Source of the DNA: Pseudomonadota bacterium
GTDB taxonomy: Bacteria > Pseudomonadota > Alphaproteobacteria > JACQOE01
NCBI GenBank assembly: GCA_016202695.1
Contig: JACQOE010000048.1
Coordinates: 18,292-82,291, forward strand
DNA: 64,000 nt
Direction of reading: 5' to 3'
The notes below the pieces were generated by a model. The model was not told where the DNA came from. It worked only from the letters and a program-made list of their open reading frames with translations, and searched no databases. The translations under genes were made by a program, and so were the position numbers. Below, piece after piece: positions 1 through 9,359 of this stretch. Each line of letters starts with the position of its first letter. The first letter of the stretch is position 1.

Positions 1-510
1 CTCTCGTTCGAGATGGTCGGCGAGTCTCTTCTCGGCACCATCCGCACCGCGGGGATGATGATCCTCATCCTGATCGTCTCGTTCTTCCTGAATTTTGTTT
101 TCGCCCAGGTGGGCCTGGTGCAGGTGGTGAACAGGTTCATCCTCGGCCTGGGGCTGTCGCCCCTGAATACGATGCTGTTCATCATCGGCATCTACGTGAT
201 TCTGGGCATGTTCATGGAAACGCTGGCGATGGTGGTGCTCACCGTGCCCATCATCACGCCGGTGGTCGTCTCGCTCGGCTACGACCCGGTCTGGTTCGGC
301 ATCATGGTGGTGATCCTGAGCGAGACCGCGATCCTGACCCCCCCGGTGGGCATGATGTGCTTCGTCATCCAGGGCATCCGCGGGCGCGGCCAGCTCAACG
401 ACGTGTTCATCGGGGTCGCCCCCTTCATCCTGGCGCTGGCGGTGATGATGGGTATCTTGCTTTCCTTCCCCGACGTGGCCCTATACCTGCCGAAGCTGTT
501 CTACCGTTAG
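1..510 (+). CDS. dctM: TRAP transporter large permease, C-terminal part (5' end outside window)
   Basis: Frame is open from base 1; hydrophobic, with DctM motifs LGMFMET..VLTVPII, DPVWFGI, TPPVG; close paralog of 15061..16347. Confidence 0.92.
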   Translation, partial: LSFEMVGESLLGTIRTAGMMILILIVSFFLNFVFAQVGLVQVVNRFILGLGLSPLNTMLFIIGIYVILGMFMETLAMVVLTVPIITPVVVSLGYDPVWFGIMVVILSETAILTPPVGMMCFVIQGIRGRGQLNDVFIGVAPFILALAVMMGILLSFPDVALYLPKLFYR

Positions 511-535
511 GCTCTGCGCAGGGGGAGGGGCTGGT

Positions 536-565
536 CGCATCGGCTCCGCCCGCATCGGCTCCGCC
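536..565. repeat. 15-bp tandem duplication CGCATCGGCTCCGCC x2
   Basis: Exact copies at 536-550 and 551-565 in the intergenic region. Confidence 0.85.
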
Positions 566-597
566 CGGCGGGGGCCGGGGACCGGCGAGTGGGGCCG

Positions 598-626
598 TTG
601 ACAGGCCCCCGCCGGAGGGGTAATCC
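598..626 (+). promoter_or_regulatory. putative sigma70 promoter of the hydantoinase AB-AB operon
   Basis: TTGACA (598-603), 17 nt spacer, then TAATCC, about 50 nt before the TTG start at 676. Confidence 0.5.
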
Positions 627-675
627 ACCCCCGTCCAGCCTTCCATTCAACCTCACCAAACCCACGAGGCAAGCC

Positions 676-2772
676 TTGGAACAGTTGCGACTGGGCGTGG
701 ACATCGGTGGCACCTTCACCGATATCCTGCTCCTCGCCCCGGACGGCTCGGTCCACAGCAAGAAGGTCCTCTCCACCCCCGACGACTACAGCCGCGCGAT
801 CCAGGACGGGATCGCCCAGCTCATGGGCGAGGCCGGGATCAAGCCCGCGGCGGTGCGCGAGTGCTCGCACGGGACGACGGTGGCGACCAACGCCATCATC
901 GAGCACAAGGGCGTCAAGGTCGGGCTGATCACCACCGCCGGCTTCCGCGACGTGCTCGAGATCGGGCGCTTCCGGCTGCCCCGCCTCTACGACTTGAGCT
1001 TCCGCAAGCCCGAGCCGCTGGTCGAGCGCCGGCTGCGTCTCGAGGTGCCGGAGCGGATCGGCGCCGACGGCGAGGTGGTCGAGCCCCTCGACCTCGAGGC
1101 GGTCGATCGGGCGTCCGACCAGCTGGTCGCCGAAGGGGTGGCGGCGATCGCCATCTGCTTCATGAACTCCTACGTCAACGGCGCCCACGAGCGCCTCGCC
1201 GTCGAGCGCGTCCGCGCCCGCCACCCCGCGCTCACGGTCACCGCCTCGACCGAGATCGTGCCCCAGATCCAGGAGTACGAGCGGACCTCCACGACGGTGG
1301 TGAACGCCTACATCCGGCCGGTGGTCGAACGCTACGTCGCCGCCCTCGAGCAGAAGCTGCGCGGGCTCCAGATCAAGGCGCCGTTGATGTTCATGCAGTC
1401 CTCGGGCGGCATCCTCCCCGGCCGGACGGCGGCGAAGAGCCCGGTCTTCATCATCGAGTCGGGGCCCGCGGCCGGCGTGGTCGGATCGCAGCGCCTGGGC
1501 GAGATCCTGAAACGTCGGAACCTGATGGTGCTGGACATGGGCGGCACGACCGCCAAGGCCACCCTGATCGAGGACGGCAAGTACGACCTCAGCCCGGAGA
1601 TCGAGGTCGGCGGCCGGGCCACGGCCGGGCACCGCCTGATCCAGGGCGCGGGATACATCGTCCAGTTCCCGACCATCGACATCGCCGAGGTGGGAGCGGG
1701 CGGCGGCTCCATCGCCTGGCTCGACGCCGGCGGCGGGCTGCAGGTCGGCCCGCAGAGCGCGGGCGCCGTGCCGGGGCCGGTCTGCTACGACCTCGGCGGC
1801 ACCGAACCGACGGTCACCGACGCCAACCTGCTGCTCGGCTACATCAACCCCGCGGCGCTGGTGGGCGGCGATCTCAAGCTCGACTTCGCCAAGGCGGAGC
1901 GGGCGGTGGCCGGGATCGGCGCGCGCCTCGGCCTCGACGTCACCGGCGCCGCGCACGGCATTCACCTGATCGCCAACGCCAACATGATGCGGGCGCTCGC
2001 CGGCGTCTCCACCGAGCGCGGGCGCGATCCCCGCAATTTCGTCTTACTCGCCATGGGCGGGAACGGCGCCGTGCATGCGGTCGGGCTGGCCGAGACGCTC
2101 GACATCTCGACCATCCTGGTCCCGCCGGTGGCGGGCCTCTTCAGCGCGCTCGGCCTGATCTTCGCCGACGTCGAGCACCAGCTCATCTCCGCCTTCTACC
2201 GGCTCAAGGACCAAGCGACGCCGGCGGACCTGAACGCCACGCTCACGCCGATGATCCGCGAGATCGAGGAGATGCTCCGCTCCGAGGGGTTCAACGAGGC
2301 GAAGCGGCGCGAGCTCCGCTGCTACGCCGACGTCCAGTACGTCGGGCAGTTCGGCGGCCTCACCGTGCCGCTCTCGGGATTCCCCGTGACCCGCAAGGTG
2401 ATGGTCGATCTGGCCGAGGGCTTCGGGCGCGCGCACCTGCGCACCTACGGCTACCGCTCGGACGAGGAGCCGCTCCGGTTCCTTGCCCTCAAGGTGGTCG
2501 GGCGCGGGCTGGCGAAGGAGGCGCGGGTGCCGCGCCGGGTGGTGCGCGTCGACGAGCGCGCGGCCGCGCGCAGCGAGCGGCGCGCATATTTCGGCCCGGC
2601 CCGCGGCTGGATCACCACCCCGGTGGTGCCGCGCGGGGCGCTCGGGCGGAAGCCCACCGACGGGCCGCTCATCGTCGAGGAGTACGACGCCACCACCGTG
2701 GTCGGCCCCGGCTGGCGGGCGTCGCTCGACTCCTGGAACAACATCGTGATGGAACGCAAGGCGCGGAGGTAG
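676..2772 (+). CDS. hydantoinase/oxoprolinase family, ATP-binding subunit A (copy 1)
   Basis: GVDIGGTFTD, HGTTVATNA, SGPAAG, DMGGTT, GAGGGS, TVTDAN motifs; start moved to TTG 676 after GAGG. Confidence 0.93.
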   Translation: MEQLRLGVDIGGTFTDILLLAPDGSVHSKKVLSTPDDYSRAIQDGIAQLMGEAGIKPAAVRECSHGTTVATNAIIEHKGVKVGLITTAGFRDVLEIGRFRLPRLYDLSFRKPEPLVERRLRLEVPERIGADGEVVEPLDLEAVDRASDQLVAEGVAAIAICFMNSYVNGAHERLAVERVRARHPALTVTASTEIVPQIQEYERTSTTVVNAYIRPVVERYVAALEQKLRGLQIKAPLMFMQSSGGILPGRTAAKSPVFIIESGPAAGVVGSQRLGEILKRRNLMVLDMGGTTAKATLIEDGKYDLSPEIEVGGRATAGHRLIQGAGYIVQFPTIDIAEVGAGGGSIAWLDAGGGLQVGPQSAGAVPGPVCYDLGGTEPTVTDANLLLGYINPAALVGGDLKLDFAKAERAVAGIGARLGLDVTGAAHGIHLIANANMMRALAGVSTERGRDPRNFVLLAMGGNGAVHAVGLAETLDISTILVPPVAGLFSALGLIFADVEHQLISAFYRLKDQATPADLNATLTPMIREIEEMLRSEGFNEAKRRELRCYADVQYVGQFGGLTVPLSGFPVTRKVMVDLAEGFGRAHLRTYGYRSDEEPLRFLALKVVGRGLAKEARVPRRVVRVDERAAARSERRAYFGPARGWITTPVVPRGALGRKPTDGPLIVEEYDATTVVGPGWRASLDSWNNIVMERKARR

Positions 2773-2775
2773 ACC

Positions 2776-4710
2776 ATGGCGCGCACCCCCAAGAGGACCG
2801 CTCGCAGGAGCAAACCCGGGGCCGCAGCGCGAGGGACGGCAGACGCCGCCCGCAAGCGCCCGGGCCGGCGGCCGGCGAGCAGACGCGCCCCGGCCGCCAA
2901 GGCCGGGGCCGGCAAGGGACCGCGCCGTCCGAGCCCGGCGCCGAAGCGCGCGGCCAAGGTCGCCAGGGCGGCGCCCCGACGCAAGTTCACCATCGATCCG
3001 GTCGCCCGCGAGCTGATCAAGAACGCACTGGTCACGATCGCCGACAACATGGTGTTTTCGGTGATCCGCACCTCGCGCTCGACCGTGGTCAAGCAGAACC
3101 TCGACTTCTCGGCCGGGATCCTCGACTCGGCCGGCCAACTGGTGGCGCAAGGACTGTCGCTTCCGCCTCATCTCGGGGCGATGATGCCGGCGCTCGACGG
3201 GGTGCTGAAGCGCTTCCGCCACGACATCCGGCCGGGCGATCTTTTCATCAACAACGACCCCTACGAGGGGGGAAGCCACCTCAACGACATCTTTGCCTTC
3301 AAGCCGGTGTTCGCGAAGGGCGAGCTGATCTGCTTCAACTGCGTCATCGCGCACCACACCGACATGGGCGGCCGCGTTCCCGGCGGCAACGCCTCCGACT
3401 CGATGGAGATCTACCAGGAGGGCTTCCGCATCCCGCCGATCAAGCTCTACGAGGGCGGCAAGCTCAACGAGACCTTCATGCGCATCATGGACAAGAACGT
3501 CCGCATGTCGGTGAGGGTGCTGGGCGATCTCCGCGCTCAGGTCGCCGCCGTCAATCTCGCCGAGAAGGAGATGCTGAAGTTCTGCGGCGAGCACGACGTC
3601 CGCGAGCTCAAGGTCTACATGCAGGAGCTGATCGACTACGCCGAGCGCCTGACGCGGGCCTCGATCGCCAAGCTCCCCGACGGCGACGTCAGCTTCACCG
3701 ACTACATGGACGACAACGGCGTCGGTATCGGCCCGATGAAGATCCAGCTCAGGCTGATCAAGAAGGGCGACGAGGTCACGGTCGATTACACCGGCACCTC
3801 GGCGCAATGCGGCGGCGCGCTCAACCCGAACATCGCCTTTACCAGGTCCTGCACTTATGCCGGGCTGCGCTGCGTGCTCGACCTCAACGTCCCCAACAAC
3901 GCCGGCTTCTACAAGCCGATCACGGTGATCGCGCCGGAGGGAACGTTCGTCAACCCGCTGTTCCCGGCCGCGCTGGGGGCGCGCGGCGCGACCGGCTATC
4001 GGCTCAGGCACGCGGTCATGGGGCTCCTCGCCCAGCTCATGCCGGAGCGCATGCAGGCCTGCCCGGGGGGCTCGGAGTTCGCCGTCGCCATGGGCGGCTA
4101 CTTCAAGGATCGCACCCCCTTCATGAGCCTCGAGTTCCACAACACCACCGGCGCCGGGGGCGGGCCCGACCGCGACGGGCAGGACGGCTCGCCCTTCGCC
4201 ATCGGCAACCTCGCCAACACGCCGATGGAGCTGATCGAGGCCGAAGCGCCGGTGCGCTACCAGCGCTATGGCTTCCTCCCCGACACCGACGGTGCCGGCA
4301 AGTACCGCGGCTGCCTCGGCATCGTCCGCGAGTACCGGTTCCTGGCCGACGAGGCAACCGTCCAGGTGCGCTGCGACCGCGAATTCAACCCGCCCTGGGG
4401 CTTGCTCGGCGGCCAGCCGGCGAGCCCGCAGCGGAGCTACCTCAACCCGGAGACCGAGAACAAGCGCATGCCCTCCAAGTTCATCCGGGTGATGAAGAAG
4501 GGCGAGGTGTTTCGCTCCGAGATGCCGGGGGGCGGGGGCTACGGCAACCCCTTCGAGCGCGACGCCAAGGTGGTGGCCGAGGACGTGCGCCAGGGGAAGC
4601 TGACGCTCAAGCGCGCCCGCGATGCCTACGGGGTGGCGGTCGATCCCGCCACCTTCGCCGTCGACGAGGTGGAGACCCGGCGGCTTCGCTCCGGCGCGGC
4701 CGCGGCCTGA
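2776..4710 (+). CDS. hydantoinase B/oxoprolinase family subunit with a 70-aa basic N-terminal extension (copy 1)
   Basis: NDPYEGGSHLND, HHTDMGGRVPG, EGFRIPP, GAGKYRG, GGGGYGNP motifs; GGAGG RBS before ATG 2776. Confidence 0.93.
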   Translation: MARTPKRTARRSKPGAAARGTADAARKRPGRRPASRRAPAAKAGAGKGPRRPSPAPKRAAKVARAAPRRKFTIDPVARELIKNALVTIADNMVFSVIRTSRSTVVKQNLDFSAGILDSAGQLVAQGLSLPPHLGAMMPALDGVLKRFRHDIRPGDLFINNDPYEGGSHLNDIFAFKPVFAKGELICFNCVIAHHTDMGGRVPGGNASDSMEIYQEGFRIPPIKLYEGGKLNETFMRIMDKNVRMSVRVLGDLRAQVAAVNLAEKEMLKFCGEHDVRELKVYMQELIDYAERLTRASIAKLPDGDVSFTDYMDDNGVGIGPMKIQLRLIKKGDEVTVDYTGTSAQCGGALNPNIAFTRSCTYAGLRCVLDLNVPNNAGFYKPITVIAPEGTFVNPLFPAALGARGATGYRLRHAVMGLLAQLMPERMQACPGGSEFAVAMGGYFKDRTPFMSLEFHNTTGAGGGPDRDGQDGSPFAIGNLANTPMELIEAEAPVRYQRYGFLPDTDGAGKYRGCLGIVREYRFLADEATVQVRCDREFNPPWGLLGGQPASPQRSYLNPETENKRMPSKFIRVMKKGEVFRSEMPGGGGYGNPFERDAKVVAEDVRQGKLTLKRARDAYGVAVDPATFAVDEVETRRLRSGAAAA

Positions 4711-4754
4711 CGGGCGCGGAACAACCAAGGCACAGCGTCGCGAGGGGGGGATCC

Positions 4755-6848
4755 GTGACCGAATACCGATTGGGTGTCGACATCGGCGGCACCTTCACCG
4801 ACATCCTGCTCCTCGGCCCCAAGGGGGCCGTGTTCACCAAGAAGGTCCTCTCCACGCCCGACGACTACAGCCGGGCGATCCAGGAGGGGGTGTCCGAGAT
4901 GCTGCGCGAGATCGGCGTCGGGGCCGCCCAGGTATCCGAGCTTTCGCACGGCACCACCATCGCCACCAACGCCATAATCGAGCGCAAGGGGGTGAGGGTG
5001 GCGCTGGTCGCCACCAAGGGCTTCCGCGACGTGCTCGAGCTCGGGCGATTCCGCCTGCCTCGGCTCTACGACCTCGACTTCCGCAAGCCGCGGCCGCTGG
5101 TCGAGCGGCCGCTCCGCTTCGAGGTGCCGGAGCGCATTCTCGCCTCGGGCGAGGTGCGGACCCCGGTGGACATGGCTGCCGTCGACGCGCTCGCCGAGAC
5201 GCTCAAGGGGCTCGCCGTGGACGCGGTCGCGATCTGCTTCATGAACTCCTACGCCAACCCGGCGCATGAGCGGCTGGTGGCGGCGCGGCTGCGCGAGCGT
5301 CTGCCCGGCGTCACGGTGACCGCCTCGACCGAACTCGTGCCCCAGATTCAGGAGTACGAGCGGACTTCGACCACCGTGGTCAACGCCTACATTCGGCCGG
5401 TGGTCGAGAGCTACCTTAAGGCGCTCTCGGCCGAGATGCGCTCGCTCGGCATCAAGGTGCCGCTGATGATCATGCAGTCCTCGGGCGGTATCCTGCCGGC
5501 CGAGGCGGTGGCCGAGAGCCCGGTCTTCATCATCGAGTCCGGACCTGCCGCCGGCGTCGTCGGGGCGCAGCGGCTCGGCCAGCGCATTGGGCTTCGCGAC
5601 CTGATGGTGCTCGACATGGGCGGCACCACCGCCAAGGCGAGCCTGATCGAGGAAGGCGCCTATCAGCTTTCGCCCGAGATCGAGGTCGGCGGCGAGGCCA
5701 CCGCCGGCCACCGCCTGATCCAGGGCAATGGCTACGTCGTCCAGTTCCCCACCCTCGTCATCGCCGAGGTGGGCGCCGGCGGCGGCTCGATCGCCTGGAT
5801 CGACGCCGTGGGCGGCCTCAAGGTGGGTCCGCGGAGCGCGGGCGCCGCGCCCGGCCCGGTCTGCTACGATCTCGGCGGCGAGTTGCCGACGGTGACGGAT
5901 GCGAACCTTCTGCTCGGCTACCTCAACCCCGAGGCCCTGGTCGGCGGCGACCTCAAGGTCAACTATCCGAAGGCGGAAGCCGTCCTTGCCGACCTCGGCC
6001 GCGGGCTCGGCCTCGACCCGACGGCGACGGCCCACGGCATCCACCGCATCGCCAACGCCAACATGATGCGCGCGCTGACCGCGGTCTCAAGCGAGCGCGG
6101 CCGCGATCCGCGCCAGTTCATGCTCCTCGCCATGGGCGGGAACGGCGGCGTGCACGCCACCGGGCTGGCCGAAGCGCTCGGCATCAAGCGGGTGGTCGTG
6201 CCGCCGGTGGCGGGGCTATTCAGCGCCCTCGGTCTGCTGTTCGCCGACGTCGAGCACACCATGATCCGTGCCTTCTATCACGAGCTTCGCAAGACCGGAC
6301 CGGAGGACTTCAACGCGGTGCTCAAGCCCCTGTTCAAGCAGCTCGACGGGTATCTGCGGGCCGAGGGCTTTACCGGTGCCGGCCGGCGCGAGCTGCGCGC
6401 CTATGCCGACGTGAAGTATGTCAGCCAGGGGAGCAGCCTCACCATCCCGCTCGCGCGCTTTCCCGTGGATGCCAAGGGGCTGGCCCTGCTGGCCGAGGGA
6501 TTCGGCGACGAGCACGAGCGAACCTACGGCTACCGCTCGGACGACGAGCCGCTGCAGATCGTGGCGCTCCGCGCCATCGGCCGGGGCGTGGCGCGCACGT
6601 CGCGGGTGCCGGAGCGCGTGGCGCGCGAGGGCGAGCGGGTGTCGGCGCTGGGCGAGCGCAGGGCCTACTTCGGGCAGGGCCAAGGCTGGCGCAAGACGCC
6701 GCTGATGCCGCGCCGGGCGCTCGCCGGCGGCCGCCGCAACGGGCCGCTGATCGTCGAGGAGTACGACACCACCACCGTGGTCCCGCCGGGCTGGCGGGCC
6801 TCCCTCGATTCCTGGAACAATATCGTCATCGACAAGGCGAGGGGCTAG
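4755..6848 (+). CDS. hydantoinase/oxoprolinase family subunit A (copy 2)
   Basis: 3' part of ORF 861..6848; GTG 4755 after a G-rich RBS gives MTEYRLGVDIGGTFTD; same motifs as copy 1. Confidence 0.92.
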   Translation: MTEYRLGVDIGGTFTDILLLGPKGAVFTKKVLSTPDDYSRAIQEGVSEMLREIGVGAAQVSELSHGTTIATNAIIERKGVRVALVATKGFRDVLELGRFRLPRLYDLDFRKPRPLVERPLRFEVPERILASGEVRTPVDMAAVDALAETLKGLAVDAVAICFMNSYANPAHERLVAARLRERLPGVTVTASTELVPQIQEYERTSTTVVNAYIRPVVESYLKALSAEMRSLGIKVPLMIMQSSGGILPAEAVAESPVFIIESGPAAGVVGAQRLGQRIGLRDLMVLDMGGTTAKASLIEEGAYQLSPEIEVGGEATAGHRLIQGNGYVVQFPTLVIAEVGAGGGSIAWIDAVGGLKVGPRSAGAAPGPVCYDLGGELPTVTDANLLLGYLNPEALVGGDLKVNYPKAEAVLADLGRGLGLDPTATAHGIHRIANANMMRALTAVSSERGRDPRQFMLLAMGGNGGVHATGLAEALGIKRVVVPPVAGLFSALGLLFADVEHTMIRAFYHELRKTGPEDFNAVLKPLFKQLDGYLRAEGFTGAGRRELRAYADVKYVSQGSSLTIPLARFPVDAKGLALLAEGFGDEHERTYGYRSDDEPLQIVALRAIGRGVARTSRVPERVAREGERVSALGERRAYFGQGQGWRKTPLMPRRALAGGRRNGPLIVEEYDTTTVVPPGWRASLDSWNNIVIDKARG

Positions 6849-6850
6849 CC

Positions 6851-8692
6851 ATGGCCGCGAAGAGGGCGAGCAAGGCCGCCGCGACCGCGGCGAAGAAGGC
6901 AACGAAAGCGACGAAGGCACCCCGGCGGGTCGTGGCCAAGACTCCGATCGCGCGGGCGCGCCGGCCGCGCGCCGCCATCGACCCGGTCACCCGCGAGCTG
7001 ATCAAGAACGCGCTCAGCACCATCGCCGACAACATGGTGGTGTCGGTGATCCGCACCTCGCGTTCGAACGTGGTCAAGCAGAACCTGGACTTCTCCACCG
7101 GTATCCATCTGGCCGACGGCCAGCTGGTGGCGCAGGGCCTGTCGCTGCCCCTCCACCTGGGGGCGATGATGCCGGCGCTCCGGGGGGTTCTGAACCGGTT
7201 CCAGGGCAACATCCGCCCGCACGACATCCTGATCAGCAACGACCCCTACGAGGGCGCAAGCCACCTCAACGACATCTTCATGTTCAAGCCGGTGTTTGCC
7301 GGCCGCGAGCTCGTCGCCTTCATGTGCACCATCCTGCACCATACCGACATGGGTGGCCGGGTGCCGGGCGGCAACGCCACCGACTCGATGGAGATCTACC
7401 AGGAGGGATTTCGCATCCCGCCAATCAAGGTCGCCGAGGAGGGCCGGCTCAACGATACCTTCTTCCGCCTGTTCGAGAAGAACGTGCGCATGCCCGAGCG
7501 AGTGCTCGGCGACTTCCGCTCCCAGATCGCCTCGGTCAGCATCGCCGAGAAGGAGATGCAGAAGCTGATCGCCGAGTGGGGCGGGGCCACGGTCAAGACC
7601 TACATGCAGGAGCTGATCGACTACGCCGAGCGCCTGACGCGGGCCTCGATCGCCAGGCTCCCCGACGGCGACGTCGGCTTCACCGACTACATGGACGACA
7701 ACGGCATCGGCATCGGTCCCGTGCGCTACCAGCTCCGGCTGATCAAGAAGGGCGACCGGATGCATGTCGATTACACCGGAACCTCGCCCCAGAACGGCGG
7801 CGCGCTCAACCCCAACTTCGCCTGCACCGCCTCCTGCACCTGGGCGGCGCTGCGGACCGTGCTCGATCCCGAGATTCCGACCAACGCCGGCTTCTACAAG
7901 CCGATCAAGGTCACGGCGCCGGAGGGCTGCTTCCTCAACCCGCAGTTCCCGGCCGCGCTGGGGGCGCGGGGCGCAGCGGGCTACCGGGTGCGCCACGCGG
8001 TGATGGGGCTCCTGGCTCAGCTCCTGCCCGACCGTCTCCAGGCATGCCCCGGCGGCTCGGAGTTCGCGGTCGCGGTCGGCGGCTACTACAAGGACCGCAC
8101 GCCCTTTATGACGCTGGAGTTCCACAACACCACCGGCATCGGCGGTGGGCCGAACAAGGATGGCCAGGACGCCGGCCCCTTCTGCATCGGTAACCTCGCC
8201 AACACGCCGATGGAGCTGATCGAGACCGAGGCGCCGGTGATGTACGAGGAGTACGGGTTCCTGCCCGACACCGACGGCGCGGGCAAGTACCGGGGCGGGC
8301 TCGGCATCGTCCGCCAGTACCGCTTCCTCGCCGACGAGCAGACGGTTCAGGTGCGCTCCGACCGCGAGTTCAACCCGCCCTGGGGCCTTTTCGGCGGCAA
8401 GCCGGGGGCGGGGCAGCGCAACTTCCTCAACCCCGACCGGCAAAACGAGCGCCTGCCGACCAAGTTCATCCGCACCCTCGGGAAGGACGACGTGCTCCGC
8501 GCCGAGATGCCCGGCGCCGGCGGCTACGGCAATCCCTTCGAACGCGACGCCCGCGCGGTCGCCGAGGACGTGTGCCACGGCAAGATCAGCCTCAGGCGGG
8601 CGCGCGAGGTCTACGGGGTCGCGGTCGATCCCGCCACCTACGCGGTCGACGAGGAGGAAACCCGGCGGCTGCGTTCCGGCGCGCCGTCCTGA
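6851..8692 (+). CDS. hydantoinase B/oxoprolinase family subunit with a Lys/Ala-rich N-terminal extension (copy 2)
   Basis: NDPYEGASHLND, HHTDMGGRVPG, GAGKYRGG; collinear paralog of 2776..4710. Confidence 0.93.
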   Translation: MAAKRASKAAATAAKKATKATKAPRRVVAKTPIARARRPRAAIDPVTRELIKNALSTIADNMVVSVIRTSRSNVVKQNLDFSTGIHLADGQLVAQGLSLPLHLGAMMPALRGVLNRFQGNIRPHDILISNDPYEGASHLNDIFMFKPVFAGRELVAFMCTILHHTDMGGRVPGGNATDSMEIYQEGFRIPPIKVAEEGRLNDTFFRLFEKNVRMPERVLGDFRSQIASVSIAEKEMQKLIAEWGGATVKTYMQELIDYAERLTRASIARLPDGDVGFTDYMDDNGIGIGPVRYQLRLIKKGDRMHVDYTGTSPQNGGALNPNFACTASCTWAALRTVLDPEIPTNAGFYKPIKVTAPEGCFLNPQFPAALGARGAAGYRVRHAVMGLLAQLLPDRLQACPGGSEFAVAVGGYYKDRTPFMTLEFHNTTGIGGGPNKDGQDAGPFCIGNLANTPMELIETEAPVMYEEYGFLPDTDGAGKYRGGLGIVRQYRFLADEQTVQVRSDREFNPPWGLFGGKPGAGQRNFLNPDRQNERLPTKFIRTLGKDDVLRAEMPGAGGYGNPFERDARAVAEDVCHGKISLRRAREVYGVAVDPATYAVDEEETRRLRSGAPS

Positions 8693-8711
8693 GCAGCCGC
8701 CGGTCCCGCGC

Positions 8712-9344
8712 TCAGTCGAGCGCGGAGCGGAGAAAGGTCACGCGGCGCCGGAGCCGCTCGACCTCGGCGGCGAGGGGCGCGCGCGTCCCCGCCCGGATCG
8801 CGGCCCGGAAGCGGGCGGCGAGCCCCGCCCCGGCCGCTTCCGTGAGGCTGCGGGTCTCGGCGTCGGTGCGCCCGCTCGGCTTTTGGATCACGTCGACCAC
8901 GTTCCTCACCCGCAGGCAGCGGAGCGCGTCCTCGGTCGTCGCCTTGCGCGAATAGAAGACGACGGGAACCTCCGGGAACGCCCGTGCCACCGCCTTGCCG
9001 AGCGCGATCCCGCCCGCGGGCCCCTGGCCCCGGGCGGCGAGCACGGCCTCGAGCCGGGCGCGCGCGGCGAGGGCGTTGGCGTGGGCCCGGCGGAGTTCGG
9101 CCCGGTCGCTTTCGAGGCGGAGCGGCGCGGCCTTGAGGGCGCCGAGCGCGCGGGCATTCGGCCGGCCGCTGGGGAAGTAGAGGTCGAGCACGAAGAGGTC
9201 GGGCCGCCAGCCCGCGCGCATGCGCCCGCGGGCCTCGGCCAGGCTGGTGGCGACGACGAGGTCGAACGCCTTGCCGAACACGGCGGCGAAGAGGGGAAGC
9301 TCGAACGAGCCGTCGTCGTCGATGAAGCAGAGCCGGCGCCGCAT
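8712..9344 (-). CDS. atypical response-regulator receiver (REC) protein with an internal helical insertion
   Basis: FIDDD, PDLFVLDLYFP, PVVFYS, VIQKP receiver motifs, with about 50 extra residues after the phospho-Asp. Confidence 0.7.
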   Translation of the reverse strand: MRRRLCFIDDDGSFELPLFAAVFGKAFDLVVATSLAEARGRMRAGWRPDLFVLDLYFPSGRPNARALGALKAAPLRLESDRAELRRAHANALAARARLEAVLAARGQGPAGGIALGKAVARAFPEVPVVFYSRKATTEDALRCLRVRNVVDVIQKPSGRTDAETRSLTEAAGAGLAARFRAAIRAGTRAPLAAEVERLRRRVTFLRSALD

Positions 9345-9359
9345 GGGTCGGATCCCCTT

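Noticed and set aside
861-4754. Apparent 1995-aa giant ORF 861..6848
   Set aside because: The first 1298 codons are an Arg/Gly/Pro-rich off-frame shadow of real genes; only the part from GTG 4755 is protein-like. Stop codons are scarce at this GC content.
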